Shown piece after piece: positions 48,328 through 57,174 of a stretch of DNA of 64,000 nt. Below the pieces are notes generated by a model. It saw only the letters and a program-made list of their open reading frames with translations. It did not search any database and was not told where the DNA came from. Source of the stretch: an uncultured Chloroflexia bacterium (GTDB lineage: Bacteria; Chloroflexota; Chloroflexia; Chloroflexales; Herpetosiphonaceae); contig CAVYBW010000001.1 in the NCBI GenBank assembly GCA_963767035.1, forward strand, positions 2,374,547-2,438,546, in the 5' to 3' direction. Position 1 is the first letter of the stretch, and every line of letters starts with the position of its first letter. Both the position numbers and the translations under genes were made by a program.

Positions 48328-50035
48328 ATGTTAGATCGTCGCGAAATTACTCATAATATCGATCTGTTGCTGTCAACCTTGCCGCCACGTTTGGCCGAGC
48401 CGTTGGCAACCCATGCACAGAAAGATCAAGTTATAGAAATTGTCATGGATTTGGGGCGATTGCCTGAAGCCCGTTTTCGCCACGACCAATCAAGTTTCCT
48501 CAGCGAAACTGAAGTCGGTCGCGAAGACCTCGATTATGTGACCGAGCGAATTGGCCAATTTGGTGAGGATAATCGCGCTGGGATTCAGCGCACCCTGCAC
48601 CGTATTTCAGCCATCCGCAATCGCTCTGGCGTGGTGATTGGCCTGACCTGTCGGGTTGGCCGCGCCGTGTATGGCACGATCGAAATCGTGCGCGATTTGG
48701 TCGAAGCTGGCAAATCAATCTTAATTCTTGGCAAGCCGGGAACTGGTAAAACCACCATGCTGCGGGAAGTCGCGCGGGTTTTGGCCGACGATTTTCTCAA
48801 ACGGGTGGTGATCGTTGATACATCGAATGAAATTGCTGGCGATGGCGATATTCCCCACCCTGGGATTGGCCGCGCCCGCCGCATGCAAGTGGCTCGGCCC
48901 GCCGAGCAACACAATGTGATGATCGAAGCGGTCGAAAATCATATGCCGCAAGTGATTGTGATCGATGAAATTGGGACGGAATTGGAAGCCCAAGCCGCTC
49001 GCACCATCGCCGAACGTGGGGTGCAATTGGTCGGCACGGCTCACGGTAACACGCTTGAAAACCTGATGCTCAACCCAACCCTGTCCGATCTAATTGGCGG
49101 GATTCAGGCAGTAACTTTGGGCGATGAAGAAGCCCGGCGGCGTGGCACTCAAAAAACTGTGCTCGAACGCAAAGCACCGCCAACCTTTGATGTGTTGGTC
49201 GAAATTCAAAGCTGGGACGATGTAACGGTCTACCAAGAAGTCGCATCAGCTGTCGATTCGATTTTGCAGGGCAATGAACCAAGCGCTGAACAACGCACCA
49301 AAGACGAGCAAGGCCATGTTGAGGTTCACGATGGTCGTCCAGAACGCGCTGATAGCGAAGCTAGCACAATGCTCACGCGGCGTGGCGGCTATCGCACCCG
49401 CGACCGTGACCGTGAGCGTGGTGACCATGGCGAACGCGATTGGCGGCGCAAAAGCGAACGGCGCGAAGCCCAACGCGAAGAGCGTGAACGCTATGCGATG
49501 AGCATGACTGGCAGCCCTAGCGCCAGCCCAAAAGACGAAGAACCAAGCGTGTTGGTTAAAGAAACCTGGCAAAAATGCTCCCGCGAGGATCTTTGCCTTT
49601 GGCGTGAGCCGTAATCGCTTGGAAAAAGCCTTGGATCGCTTGGGGATTACCGCGAGTTTGGTGCGCGAGATGGACCAAGCCACGATGGTGATTACTCTGA
49701 AAAATTACTATCGCCAGCACCCAACTCGCCTGCGTGATGCCGAAGAACGTGGCATTCCAGTGTATGTGCTGCGCTCGAACACCCAAACCCAAATGGAAGA
49801 ATGCCTCGGCTCGGCCTTCGAAATCAGCATCACGCCCAGTGACCCGTTGAGCGAGGCCATGGAAGAGGTCGAAGAAGCAATTAGCCAAGTCATGGATGGA
49901 TCAACCGAAAGTATCGAACTGAGTCCACAAAGCTCGTATGTACGAAGGTTGCAACATCAGATTGTTGAGCGGTACAATCTACAATCAGAAAGTACTGGCA
50001 AAGAACCACGTCGTCGGATTCGGATCTTTCGCTAA
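48328..50035 (+). CDS. Ycf45/SpoIIIAA-like AAA ATPase fused to R3H domain; reading frame disrupted near 49556
   Basis: 428-aa ORF with [13 protein letters not shown] Walker A and charged RD/RE-rich linker; the R3H ORF in the other frame is open 32 codons upstream of any start; dropping one A from gttaaagaaacc joins them (..[25 protein letters not shown]..). Confidence 0.6.
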
Positions 50036-50077
50036 ATCGACAATGTGGCCTCAACGCTGTTGGACTGTAGGGGAACC

Positions 50078-50788
50078 ATGAGCTTGTTCATTACCTTTGA
50101 AGGCCCGGAAGGTAGCGGGAAAAGCACCCAAGCCCGCTACCTGAAGGATTATCTACAACAGGCTGGCTATCCAGTCATATTAACTCGTGAGCCAGGCGGA
50201 ACGCCGATTAGTGATGCTGTGCGGCGGCTTGTGCTCGATGGTCAATGGACGGCGATGGAGCCGACAACCGAGACGCTGTTGTTTGCTGCCGCTCGTGCTC
50301 AGTTAGTTGGCGAGGTCATCTTGCCCTATCTCAAGCTCGGCGGCATTGTTTTGTGCGATCGCTATGCCGATTCGACTTTTGCCCACCAAGGCTATGGTTT
50401 AGGCCGTAATTTAACCGAGCTGCGCGAAATCACCCGTTTTGCGACTGGTGGATTACAACCTGATTTGACATTTTTCCTTGATGTGCCGGTTGAGCAAGGT
50501 TTGCAGCGCAAGCGCAAGCAGCGCGATGATTTTCGTGAATCAAGCCAGTTGGCGTTGCCGTTGCCGCATTTGCCTCAGCCAAGCCCCAGTCAAAACGAAC
50601 ATTGGAATCGGCTCGATGCCCGTGAGCTTGCCTACCACGAACGGGTGCGCAGCGGATACCTTGAGATGATCGCCGCCGATCCACATCGCTGGCGGGTGTT
50701 TGATGCCGGCATTGAACGCGAAACCCTCACCGAGCAACTCCTTTCAGCCATTCAACCGTATCTCAGCACAATTCAAACGCTGAGCTAA
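50078..50788 (+). CDS. tmk: thymidylate kinase
   Basis: FITFEGPEGSGKST P-loop, DRY motif; about 236 aa with an extended C-terminus. Confidence 0.85.
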   Translation: MSLFITFEGPEGSGKSTQARYLKDYLQQAGYPVILTREPGGTPISDAVRRLVLDGQWTAMEPTTETLLFAAARAQLVGEVILPYLKLGGIVLCDRYADSTFAHQGYGLGRNLTELREITRFATGGLQPDLTFFLDVPVEQGLQRKRKQRDDFRESSQLALPLPHLPQPSPSQNEHWNRLDARELAYHERVRSGYLEMIAADPHRWRVFDAGIERETLTEQLLSAIQPYLSTIQTLS

Positions 50789-50949
50789 AGCCTGCCGTAT
50801 AAGCTGCATCTCAGTCGAGTATCAGGCTGAGATGCGCTTGGGCTGTGGCCTGATATGGTACAATACCCCAATCGTGGCAACGTGCCAGTATTCAAAACCC
50901 ATGCAGTCGCCTCAAAAAACTGGGGTATTCTTCAGGAAAGCATAGGATC

Positions 50950-51444
50950 ATGACAGAAATTATTGCAGAACTTAAAAGCATCTTGCCGATTGTCGGCATG
51001 ATTGTTGGGGGCTATTTGGTGCTCTTATGGATCGCCTCGCTGGTATGGACGTACCGCGATATTAGTAGCCGCTCCAACGATATTTTGGTGCAAGTGCTTT
51101 CAACCTCAATGGCCTTCTTTTTGCCATTTGCAGGGTTGTTGTTATATATGTTGGTGCGCCCGCGCGAAACTCTCACCCAAAAATACGAGCGCGAATTGGA
51201 AGAAACCTTTATGCGCCGCGATATTGAGGATGAGCATGTTTGCCCCAATTGCCAACGCAGTATTCAGGCCGATTTTGTGTTGTGCCCCCACTGCCAGACC
51301 CATTTGCGCCGCAACTGTGGCAACTGCGAACGGGTGATCGATTTGACATGGCAGGTTTGCCCATACTGTGCGGCTCCAGCTAACACCCGTATTAGCAGCC
51401 AACCATTACGTCAACCAGAATATGAACAACAATACGCCCGCTAA
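50950..51444 (+). CDS. membrane protein with C-terminal double zinc-ribbon
   Basis: 164 aa; TM segments then CPNC..CPHC and CGNC..CPYC. Confidence 0.5.
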   Translation: MTEIIAELKSILPIVGMIVGGYLVLLWIASLVWTYRDISSRSNDILVQVLSTSMAFFLPFAGLLLYMLVRPRETLTQKYERELEETFMRRDIEDEHVCPNCQRSIQADFVLCPHCQTHLRRNCGNCERVIDLTWQVCPYCAAPANTRISSQPLRQPEYEQQYAR

Positions 51445-51718
51445 CCCGCAAATTTGCCCAATTTGTGGCAACCCTGTTCAGCCAATGCCCCGCTATCCGC
51501 GCTATGTTTGCGCCGATTGCCGGGCATTGACGGTTGATCAGCATGGCCGCCACGTAGCGTTTTTCAACACTGGCTTGCTGGGTACAGGCTGCGCTGGCAG
51601 CTATCGCGATGATCAATCAGCCTATCAATCCAACCAGTGTTGGATCAACGGGCAGCGGTGTAGCGCCGAGGAAGCGCGTTTTGGTGGGATTGTGATTGAG
51701 GTCGTCGACGATGAATGA
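51422..51718 (+). CDS. small zinc-ribbon protein
   Basis: about 98 aa from MNNNTPANPQICPICGN...CADC; overlaps the upstream gene end and the DUF309 start (possible coupling); start uncertain. Confidence 0.4.
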   Translation: MNNNTPANPQICPICGNPVQPMPRYPRYVCADCRALTVDQHGRHVAFFNTGLLGTGCAGSYRDDQSAYQSNQCWINGQRCSAEEARFGGIVIEVVDDE

Positions 51719-52064
51719 GCAGCAACATTGGCAAGGTTTTATCACCGCTTTCAATGAAGAACGCTTTGTCGATGGGGTACTACAATTGGAAGAATTGTGG
51801 TTTCCCACCCGCAACGATCTCTATCGTGGCCTGATTCGGCTGTCGGTAGCGCTCAACCAACTGCGTTTGGGGATTGTTGATAGCCCGCGCCAGCTACTTG
51901 CCAGCGCCCATGAAATGCTGGCTCCATTTGAAACCAACCAACACAACCTCGATATTCAGCGCATTCGCGAGTATATTCAAGTTTGTGCCAGTTTAATTCC
52001 CGCCGATCTGCACACTGGCCAAGGTCGCATCGATTGGGAGCAAGTTCCCCGCATTCAGCTCTAA
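51711..52064 (+). CDS. DUF309 domain protein
   Basis: about 117 aa; FNEERFxDGxLQLEELW pattern typical of DUF309. Confidence 0.55.
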   Translation: MNEQQHWQGFITAFNEERFVDGVLQLEELWFPTRNDLYRGLIRLSVALNQLRLGIVDSPRQLLASAHEMLAPFETNQHNLDIQRIREYIQVCASLIPADLHTGQGRIDWEQVPRIQL

Positions 52065-52177
52065 GAATTTCCAAGTTTGGCGCACCGATACTTAATCATT
52101 CAATTGACTGGTGTCTTGGTATTTCTCCAGCATATATCCTGACGCATAATAGGATTATAGTGGGAAGGAGTTGCCAC

Positions 52178-52579
52178 ATGACTCAGATTATCGATAAACT
52201 GGCTTGGATTCAGATTGTTGAGAAGCGAATTCTTAGTACCCGTTCCAAGGGTAAAACGATTTATTATCTTCCTGGCGGCAAGCGTGAAGTTGGCGAAACC
52301 GATCGCGCATGCTTAGTACGTGAGATCAAAGAAGAACTTGATGTTGAGCTGATTCCAGAAACACTCCACTATCTCGGTCAATTTGAAGCGCAAGCCCATG
52401 GCCAGCATGAAGGGATCATGGTAAAAATGACTTGTTATACTGGTGATTATCGAGGAACATTAAGCGCATCAGCCGAAATAGAGGAGCTAATTTGGTTAAC
52501 CCATGACGATAAAGCCAAGATTTCTCCCGTAGACCAAATTATTTTTGATTGGCTCAAACAACAAGCTTTGCTTGCCTAA
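52178..52579 (+). CDS. NUDIX hydrolase
   Basis: 133 aa; Nudix box GGKREVGETDRACLVREIKEELDVE; RBS GGAAGGAG. Confidence 0.8.
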   Translation: MTQIIDKLAWIQIVEKRILSTRSKGKTIYYLPGGKREVGETDRACLVREIKEELDVELIPETLHYLGQFEAQAHGQHEGIMVKMTCYTGDYRGTLSASAEIEELIWLTHDDKAKISPVDQIIFDWLKQQALLA

Positions 52580-52599
52580 TCTACATTGGCTCATATTAA

Positions 52600-52628
52600 T
52601 TGACATAGAACATGTGTTCGTGTATACT
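52600..52628 (+). promoter_or_regulatory. consensus sigma-70 promoter with embedded LexA-type (Cheo/GAAC-N4-GTTC) operator
   Basis: TTGACA-17-TATACT; spacer contains aGAACATGTGTTCg (consensus CGAACRNRYGTTCG). Confidence 0.65.
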
Positions 52629-52774
52629 CAAAACACGAATTCTCCAAGTTGCTGCTTGTAATCCACGGTGCGCACCCATGCTTGTGGGCTTGAATCAAGC
52701 CCCAATCTAGGCTTTTACCAGCCGCGATGCTTGGAGCATTGCAACGATTGAGTACAACACGAAGGGTAACCGAG

Positions 52775-53002
52775 ATGCAGATTGAGCCAATTCACTTAAC
52801 CCACAAACGCCATAATTATTTGCCGATGGCCTTTTTATGGCGTGGAATCAGCCATCAGGTCGCGAAGATTGAGCGAGTTTGGAGCAAAGAGGCACGTTGG
52901 GCGCGACCACCACGCCACTATTTTCGGGTGCGCTGCACCAACAATCAGGTTTACAACATTTTTCAGGATGTGCGCTTAAATGCGTGGTGCGTTGAACGCT
53001 AG
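52775..53002 (+). CDS. hypothetical small basic protein (75 aa; W/R/H-rich)
   Basis: first ORF downstream of the LexA-box promoter; an alternative start at 52727 gives 91 aa; weak DUF4160-like PxxxxWxGI...PPRHYF resemblance. Confidence 0.45.
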   Translation: MQIEPIHLTHKRHNYLPMAFLWRGISHQVAKIERVWSKEARWARPPRHYFRVRCTNNQVYNIFQDVRLNAWCVER

Positions 53003-53014
53003 AGGAGGCCGATC

Positions 53015-53242
53015 GTGTATTTAGCTTGGTTTGATGACCATCCGCGGAAAGAACTCCGTTTCAAAATTGCCGAAGCAATCTTCGCCTATGAAGATCGGTT
53101 TGGTGAACGACCAAATGTCGTGCTCGTCAACGCGACTCAGATCTTCAACGAAGATGTTGAGGGCGTGCGCGTGGTTTCACGCTCCTATGTTCGCAAAGAT
53201 AATTTTTGGGTTGGCATCGAAGGTATCGTTGCTAGCTCGTAG
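53015..53242 (+). CDS. hypothetical small acidic protein (75 aa)
   Basis: GTG start 6 nt after a perfect AGGAGG RBS that overlaps the stop of the upstream ORF, same frame, 12-nt gap. Confidence 0.5.
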   Translation: MYLAWFDDHPRKELRFKIAEAIFAYEDRFGERPNVVLVNATQIFNEDVEGVRVVSRSYVRKDNFWVGIEGIVASS

Positions 53243-53389
53243 TTGGTCGGCAGCAGATTGCCCAATTCCCCGTCTGTAAGATTTGTGTTAATTCTCCTCT
53301 AGCTTGCCTGTTTAAAAAATCGACTTGTGGCACAATATATTGGGATACGCACATATGCGTAATTCGATATATTGTGTCACGAGGATTTT

Positions 53390-54496
53390 ATGTCATTATT
53401 CGAGCCATACACGCTGCCCGTTAGCGGAGTTACCCTACCCAATCGCCTCGTTCTCGCCCCAATGACCACCTACTCAGGTACACCTGAAGGCCAAATTAGC
53501 CCTGGCGAAGTTGCCTTATTACAACGGCGTGCTGCTGGCGGTTTCGGCACGGTTATGACCGCTGCATGCTATGTTGATCGGGCTGGCCAGGCTTTTATCA
53601 ACCAATGGGGCTGCGATAATGACGACAAAATCGATTCATTACGCAAAGCAGCGAGCGCCATCAAAGCTGAAGGCTCGATCGCAATTTTGCAAATTCACGA
53701 TGGTGGGCGCATGGCCGACCCCAAAGTATTGATCGATCCTGCGCCACGTTCAGCCTCAGCGGTTGCCGCCGAACGCCAAGGCTACCTTGAGCCACGCGCC
53801 ATGACTGCCGCCGAAGTTGAAAAAAGCATTGCCGATTTTGCGGCTGCGGCCAAACGCGCTGCTGTGGCTGGCTTTGATGGCGTGGAAATCCACGGCGCAA
53901 ATACCTATTTGATTCAACAATTCTTCTCACCACACTCCAACCGCCGCGATGACGAGTGGGGCGGAGATTTGGAACGCCGCTTGCGCTACCCAATTACCTT
54001 GGCCAAAGCCGTGCGTGCAGCTGTCGGCGATAACTTCATTGTGGGCTATCGCTTCTCGCCTGAGGAGATCGAAAATCCAGGCATCACTTTTGAAGATACC
54101 TTGGTTTTGGTTGATCGTTTGGCTGATTGCCGCTTGGATTATTTGCATATTTCGTTGGGCAATTATGCTGCTGGCTCAATGCGCGATCCGCAATCGACCC
54201 AACGCCTTAGCCCATTGGTGATTGAAAAATTAGCTGGGCGCGTGCCGTTGATGGCCGTTGGCGGGATCGAAACCGTTGAACAAGCCGAATTGCCATTAAG
54301 CGATGGCGCTGAATTAGTGGCACTTGGTCGGGTTGCTTTGTGGGAGCCAGAATGGCCCAATAAAGTCAAAGCAGGCCGCACCGATCTGCGTCAAGCCTTG
54401 CCTGCCAAAGATGGCGACATTATTTGTACTTTGCCTCGGCCATTGTATGAAGGCATTGTGCAACGCGCTGGTTGGGTCAAAATCGCCGCCGAGTAA
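53390..54496 (+). CDS. NADH:flavin oxidoreductase, Old Yellow Enzyme family
   Basis: about 368 aa; OYE TIM-barrel pattern (LAPMTTYS, HGANTYLIQQFFSP); 10-bp inverted repeat cacaatatat/atatattgtg upstream. Confidence 0.8.
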   Translation: MSLFEPYTLPVSGVTLPNRLVLAPMTTYSGTPEGQISPGEVALLQRRAAGGFGTVMTAACYVDRAGQAFINQWGCDNDDKIDSLRKAASAIKAEGSIAILQIHDGGRMADPKVLIDPAPRSASAVAAERQGYLEPRAMTAAEVEKSIADFAAAAKRAAVAGFDGVEIHGANTYLIQQFFSPHSNRRDDEWGGDLERRLRYPITLAKAVRAAVGDNFIVGYRFSPEEIENPGITFEDTLVLVDRLADCRLDYLHISLGNYAAGSMRDPQSTQRLSPLVIEKLAGRVPLMAVGGIETVEQAELPLSDGAELVALGRVALWEPEWPNKVKAGRTDLRQALPAKDGDIICTLPRPLYEGIVQRAGWVKIAAE

Positions 54497-54618
54497 CAAG
54501 TTTATAAGGCTATCAGCTTTTGGCTATTGATATCGATAATTTTCCAACAGTCAAAAGCTGATAGCCTTCACGTTCTTCGTGGTTAAAACACCTGATCGCT
54601 AACAACGAGCCCTGAAGC

Positions 54619-56050
54619 CTAATCATCATTATCCTTGCCATTGCCGGGGTTAGGATTTTTGGGCTTTTTGGCTTCTTTGACCCCAATCACCAAGCTAATC
54701 TGGCTATTTTCGGCAATTGGGCTGCCTGCTGTTGGCTCTTGGCTCACAATCCGATCTTTGGCTTGATCGTTGGGTGTTTCGATAAAGATTAATTTCCAGC
54801 CCCAACTGGCGGGCTTGTTGCTCGGCCTCGCCGCGTTTTAGGCCCACAAAATTGGGCATGCTTGGCAAGGGCTGGCTGGCGGCGGTTGGTTCGGGAGCTT
54901 GGGTAGATTCAACCACAGTCGTTGGGGTTGCCTCGGCCACCGGCGCCAGCGTGGCCGTCGGTTGAACCACTGCCGGATTTGCCCCGGTATCGCTTGGTTG
55001 CTCGCTGGTTCCGCTCAGTTTGGCAAAGGCTATGCCAACTACAACGACAAAGGCAAGCGCGGCCAAGGTTAGGACAATTTGTTTCTTGGCCGCTGGTTTT
55101 GGGGTGGCTACCAGCGCTTTGGTTGGAGTTGGCTGAGGTTGAGCCTGCACCAAAACAGCGGTTTTTGGTGGCACGCGCACGGCGGTTGTTTCCATATTAT
55201 GAATCGAAACGGTTGAGCGTTGGCGCACTGGCATGGCAATGGTGGCCGAATTTGCGCCCTGTTGAATGCTTTCGATCTCGCCAGCAAAGGCTTGGGCCGA
55301 AGCAAAACGCTTGCTTGGCTCACGCTCAGTTGCCCGTTTGATCAACTGTTCAATCGCGGTGGCGGTGCCTGGTAAGGCTTGGCGCAAGGCTGGCACACCT
55401 TCATTCAAATGACGCTGCACAATCGCCCAAGCCGAATCGCCATCAAGCGGCACGCGGCCAGTTAATAGCTCATACAACATAATTCCCAAGGCATAAATAT
55501 CGCTGGCTTCGGTGGTTGCGCCACCTTCAGCCCGTTCTGGCGCAATATACTGCGGCGTGCCATACACTTGGTCAGGGTTGGTCGTGCCAATCGCTTGGAC
55601 AATCCCAAAATCCAGCAAAATCGCATGGCCATCGGGATTGATCTTAATATTTTGCGGTTTTACATCGCAATGCACATAGCCTTGTTGATGAATTGCCGCT
55701 AAGGCCAGCGCAATCTCGCGAGTCCAGGTGAGTGCTTGGGGAGCGGCAACTGGCAATATTTGATCAAGGCTCTGACCATCGATCAACTCTTGGACAAAAA
55801 ACGGCCCAGTGCTTGGGTCGTGGCCAACATCGAAAATGCGGGCAATATGGGCGTGGCTCAATTGGGCAGCGGTTTGCGCTTCGGCACTAAATTGTTGGCT
55901 CAAGCCAAGGTTATTGGCAAACTCAGGCCGCAAGACCTTCAAAGCCACATCGCGCTTGAGCAGCAAATCATGGGCACGATAGACTGTCGCCATGCCACCT
56001 TGACCAAGGGTTGCCAAAATCTGGTAGCGATTTGCCAAAGTTTGATTCAT
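54619..56050 (-). CDS. Hanks-type Ser/Thr protein kinase with TM segment and C-terminal PASTA domain; reading frame disrupted near 54785
   Basis: LGQGGMATVYRA, HCDVKPQN, DFG, APE motifs; the PASTA domain starts in the ORF frame and continues (ETPNDQAKDRIVSQEPTAGSPIAENSQISLVIGVKEAKKPKNPNPGNGKDNDD) in another frame to about 54619; one T removed from ctttat restores it. Confidence 0.8.
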
Positions 56051-56099
56051 TGCAGCATCCTTTTGTTTGCGCCAATCTCGCCGCATGATAGCAGAATTA

Positions 56100-56135
56100 A
56101 AAAATTAAAGAGGCGTAAGTTTACGCCTCTCAGTC
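56100..56135 (-). terminator. rho-independent terminator for the small ORF
   Basis: perfect 10-bp stem agaggcgtaa/ttacgcctct; followed on the minus strand by ttaatttttt. Confidence 0.6.
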
Positions 56136-56151
56136 CGACCATCGTTAATGT

Positions 56152-56274
56152 TTAGACGGTTTCTGGTTCGCCCAAAATCTTGTTGGTCAGATACAAGGCT
56201 ACCCGAGTAGCCAATGTGCCCAAAGCCAAGCTCAACAAACCATAAATAACCCGCCGCTTCAAATCATCATCCAT
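56152..56274 (-). CDS. 41-aa small hydrophobic protein (sORF)
   Basis: MDDDLKRRVIYGLLSLALGTLATRVALYLTNKILGEPETV; AGGAGG RBS 9 nt upstream; own terminator; missing from the >=60-aa ORF track. Confidence 0.5.
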   Translation of the reverse strand: MDDDLKRRVIYGLLSLALGTLATRVALYLTNKILGEPETV

Positions 56275-56326
56275 TAGTATATTCCTCCTAAATCAAAAAT
56301 CGGTGCTAGCTGCTAGTATAGCATTT

Positions 56327-57034
56327 TTAGTCGCGGCGACCGCCAAAGACCCGAAATGCAAAGTAGGCAAAGGTCAAAATTGAGCTTGCTGCAGCGGCCA
56401 CATAGGTCCAAGCAGCGGCATTTAAGACCTTAGAAACCGCTGCTTGATCTTGCGGGCTAACCAAGCCATTGGCGAACAACATTTTTTTAGCTCGGCTTGA
56501 AGCGTTAAATTCGACTGGCAAGGTCACCAAGGTAAACAGTACAGCGCCAGCGAACAGCACTAAGCCGATCAAGGCCATGGTAAAGCCGAAGCCGCCATTG
56601 CGTGAAGCAGCGCCAAACATCAAGCCACCCATAACCAACCAGGTACCAAGATTACTGCCAATGTTGGCGATGCCAACAATCGAGCTACGCAAACGCAACA
56701 TGGTATAGCCATCGCGATCTTGCAAGGCATGGCCCAACTCGTGAGCTACAACCGCCATTGCCGCAACCGACGGCGTAACCGACGATTGCGAAAGATTGAT
56801 CGATTTATCGGCTGGATTATAGAAATCGGTTAATTGGCCAGCAACTTGATTGACTCGCACATAGTTCAGGCCTTCGGCGTTCATCAAACGTTGCGCCACA
56901 TCAAAGCCATTCATACGGTGCATATTAGCAACATTGGCATATTTGCTAAATGTCGATTTGACATACCACTGTGCCCAAAAAGCAAACAGCATGCCAGGAA
57001 TGGCAAAAACGAAATACAGAGGGTCGAAGATCAT
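56327..57034 (-). CDS. membrane-associated neutral zinc metallopeptidase (YpfJ-like)
   Basis: 235 aa; HELGHALQ HExxH motif; TM segments. Confidence 0.75.
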   Translation of the reverse strand: MIFDPLYFVFAIPGMLFAFWAQWYVKSTFSKYANVANMHRMNGFDVAQRLMNAEGLNYVRVNQVAGQLTDFYNPADKSINLSQSSVTPSVAAMAVVAHELGHALQDRDGYTMLRLRSSIVGIANIGSNLGTWLVMGGLMFGAASRNGGFGFTMALIGLVLFAGAVLFTLVTLPVEFNASSRAKKMLFANGLVSPQDQAAVSKVLNAAAWTYVAAAASSILTFAYFAFRVFGGRRD

Positions 57035-57174
57035 TGGTATCCTCCAGCGGGATGCTTGTCAATCTTCCTGTCCGCATGGACAGAAAATTCTAACCTTAAG
57101 TATAGCAAGCTCTGGGCCTAGGCGTGTTAGCATGACATTAATAATCTGCACACCCAAGTATAGAAGGAGCTTAC

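Noticed and set aside
51368-51718. Fusion of the membrane double zinc-ribbon gene and the following zinc-ribbon ORF via frameshift
   Set aside because: The upstream protein already ends in a complete ribbon pair and a plausible C-terminal tail. The downstream ORF has its own ATG and overlaps in a coupling-type arrangement. There is insufficient evidence for another frameshift, so they are kept as two genes at low confidence.
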